NCBI GenBank assembly: GCA_030390025.1
Contig: CM059432.1
Coordinates: forward strand, 29,266,001-29,330,000
DNA from: Squalus acanthias
Lineage: Eukaryota
Direction of reading: 5' to 3'
Length of the DNA stretch: 64,000 bases
Shown here: piece by piece, positions 62,905-64,000 of the stretch
Position numbering within the stretch: the stretch's first letter is position 1
Layout of the letters: every line of letters begins with the position of its first letter
Made by a program: the position numbers and the translations under genes
Notes under the pieces: model-generated
The model's input: the letters and a program-made list of their open reading frames with translations, nothing else
Told to the model about the DNA's origin: nothing
Databases searched by the model: none

Positions 62905-64000
62905 AATGTTCAAAATATGATCTCTCAATGTTCAAAATAACATCTCTCAATGTTCAAAATATTGACTTTAAATGGTCAAAATATCAACCCTTAATGTTCA
63001 CAATATCATCTCTCAATGTTGAAAATATCATCTCTCAATGTTCAAAATATCACATCTCAATGTTCACAATATCATCTCTCAATGTTCAAAATATCATCTC
63101 TCAATTTTGAAAATATCATCTTTAAACGGTCAAAATATCATCTCTTAATGTTCACAATATCATCTCTCAATGTTGAAAATATCATCTCTCAATGTTCAAA
63201 ATATAATCTCTCAATGTTCAAAATATCATAAATGTTCAAAATATCATCAATGTTAAAAATATCATCTTTAAAATTTCACAATATCATCTCTCAATGTTCA
63301 AAATATCATCAATCTTCAAAATGCCATCTCGCAAGGTTCAAAATATCATCAATGTACAAAATATCATCTGTCAATGTTCAAAATATCATCAATGATCAAA
63401 ATATCATCATTGTTCAAAATATCATCACTCTGTTCAAAATATCATCTCTCAATGTTCAAAACATCATCTCTCAAAGTTCACAATATCATCTCTCAATGTT
63501 CAAAATGTGATCTCTCTGTTCAAAATGTCATCTCTCAATGTTCAAAATATCATCTCTCAATGTTCAAAATATCATCACTCAATCTTCAAAATATCATCTC
63601 TCAATCTGTTAAAACTCTCATCTTTCAATCTGTTCAAAATCTCAGAACTCAATATTCAAAATAACATCACTCAATGTTCAAAATATCATCTCTCAATGTT
63701 CAAAATATCATCAATGAGGAAAATATCATCAATGTTCAAAATAACATCTCTCAATGTTCAAAATATCACCAATGTTCAAAATATCATCTATCAATGTTCA
63801 AAATGTCATCTCTCAATGTTCAAAATATCCTCAATGAGCAAATTATCATCGCTCAATGTTCACAATATCATCAATTTTCCAAATATCATATCTCAATGTT
63901 CAAAATATCATCAAAGTTCAAAATATCATCTCTCCATGTTCAAAATATCATCACTCAATGTTCACAATATCATCTCTCAATGTTCAAAATATCATCTCTT

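Larger units (their letters stand above)
44341..64000 (+). repeat. Satellite array: 22-bp monomer TCAATGTTCAAAATATCATCTC with 18-bp and 24-bp variants and higher-order repeats
   Basis: Read directly. Identical translated blocks recur at offsets of 4061, 3526-3527, 3504, 2520 and 512 bp. The array runs off the window end. Confidence 0.98.

Noticed and set aside
44220..63664. Dozens of MFKISSLNVQNIISQCSKYHLS ORFs up to 364 aa
   Set aside because: They are a translation artefact: the 22-bp monomer has an ATG and no stop on the + strand, and all three frames give the same peptide.
44341..64000. CRISPR-like array
   Set aside because: The monomers are contiguous with no unique spacers, there are no cas genes, and the context is eukaryotic.

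Overview
This is eukaryotic, repeat-dominated DNA, most likely from a shark or other cartilaginous fish; that call is inferred from recalled repeat families (CR1 and L2 LINEs, Deu-domain SacSINE1-like SINEs, an LF-SINE-like relic, Harbinger transposons and MITEs). Positions 1-43.6 kb are a nested transposon landscape with no recognisable multi-exon host CDS and only two candidate short exons. Positions ~43.7-64 kb are a 22/18-bp satellite array with 3.5-4.1 kb and 2.52 kb higher-order repeats; the 2.52 kb unit has duplicated a CR1 insertion. The main points of interest are: (1) two ~1.4-kb solo LTRs with TG..CA ends, 4-bp TSDs and a foamy-virus-like layout; (2) a Tx1-type element that keeps both ends and ORF1 but has lost almost all of ORF2, inserted in the tRNA-derived head of a SINE with a ~15-bp TSD; (3) a perfect 286-bp spacerless palindrome of Penelope type with a minimal hammerhead ribozyme motif on both strands; (4) a MITE-ended Harbinger element carrying only the spliced Myb/SANT gene. 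All family names come from recalled motifs; no database search was run.
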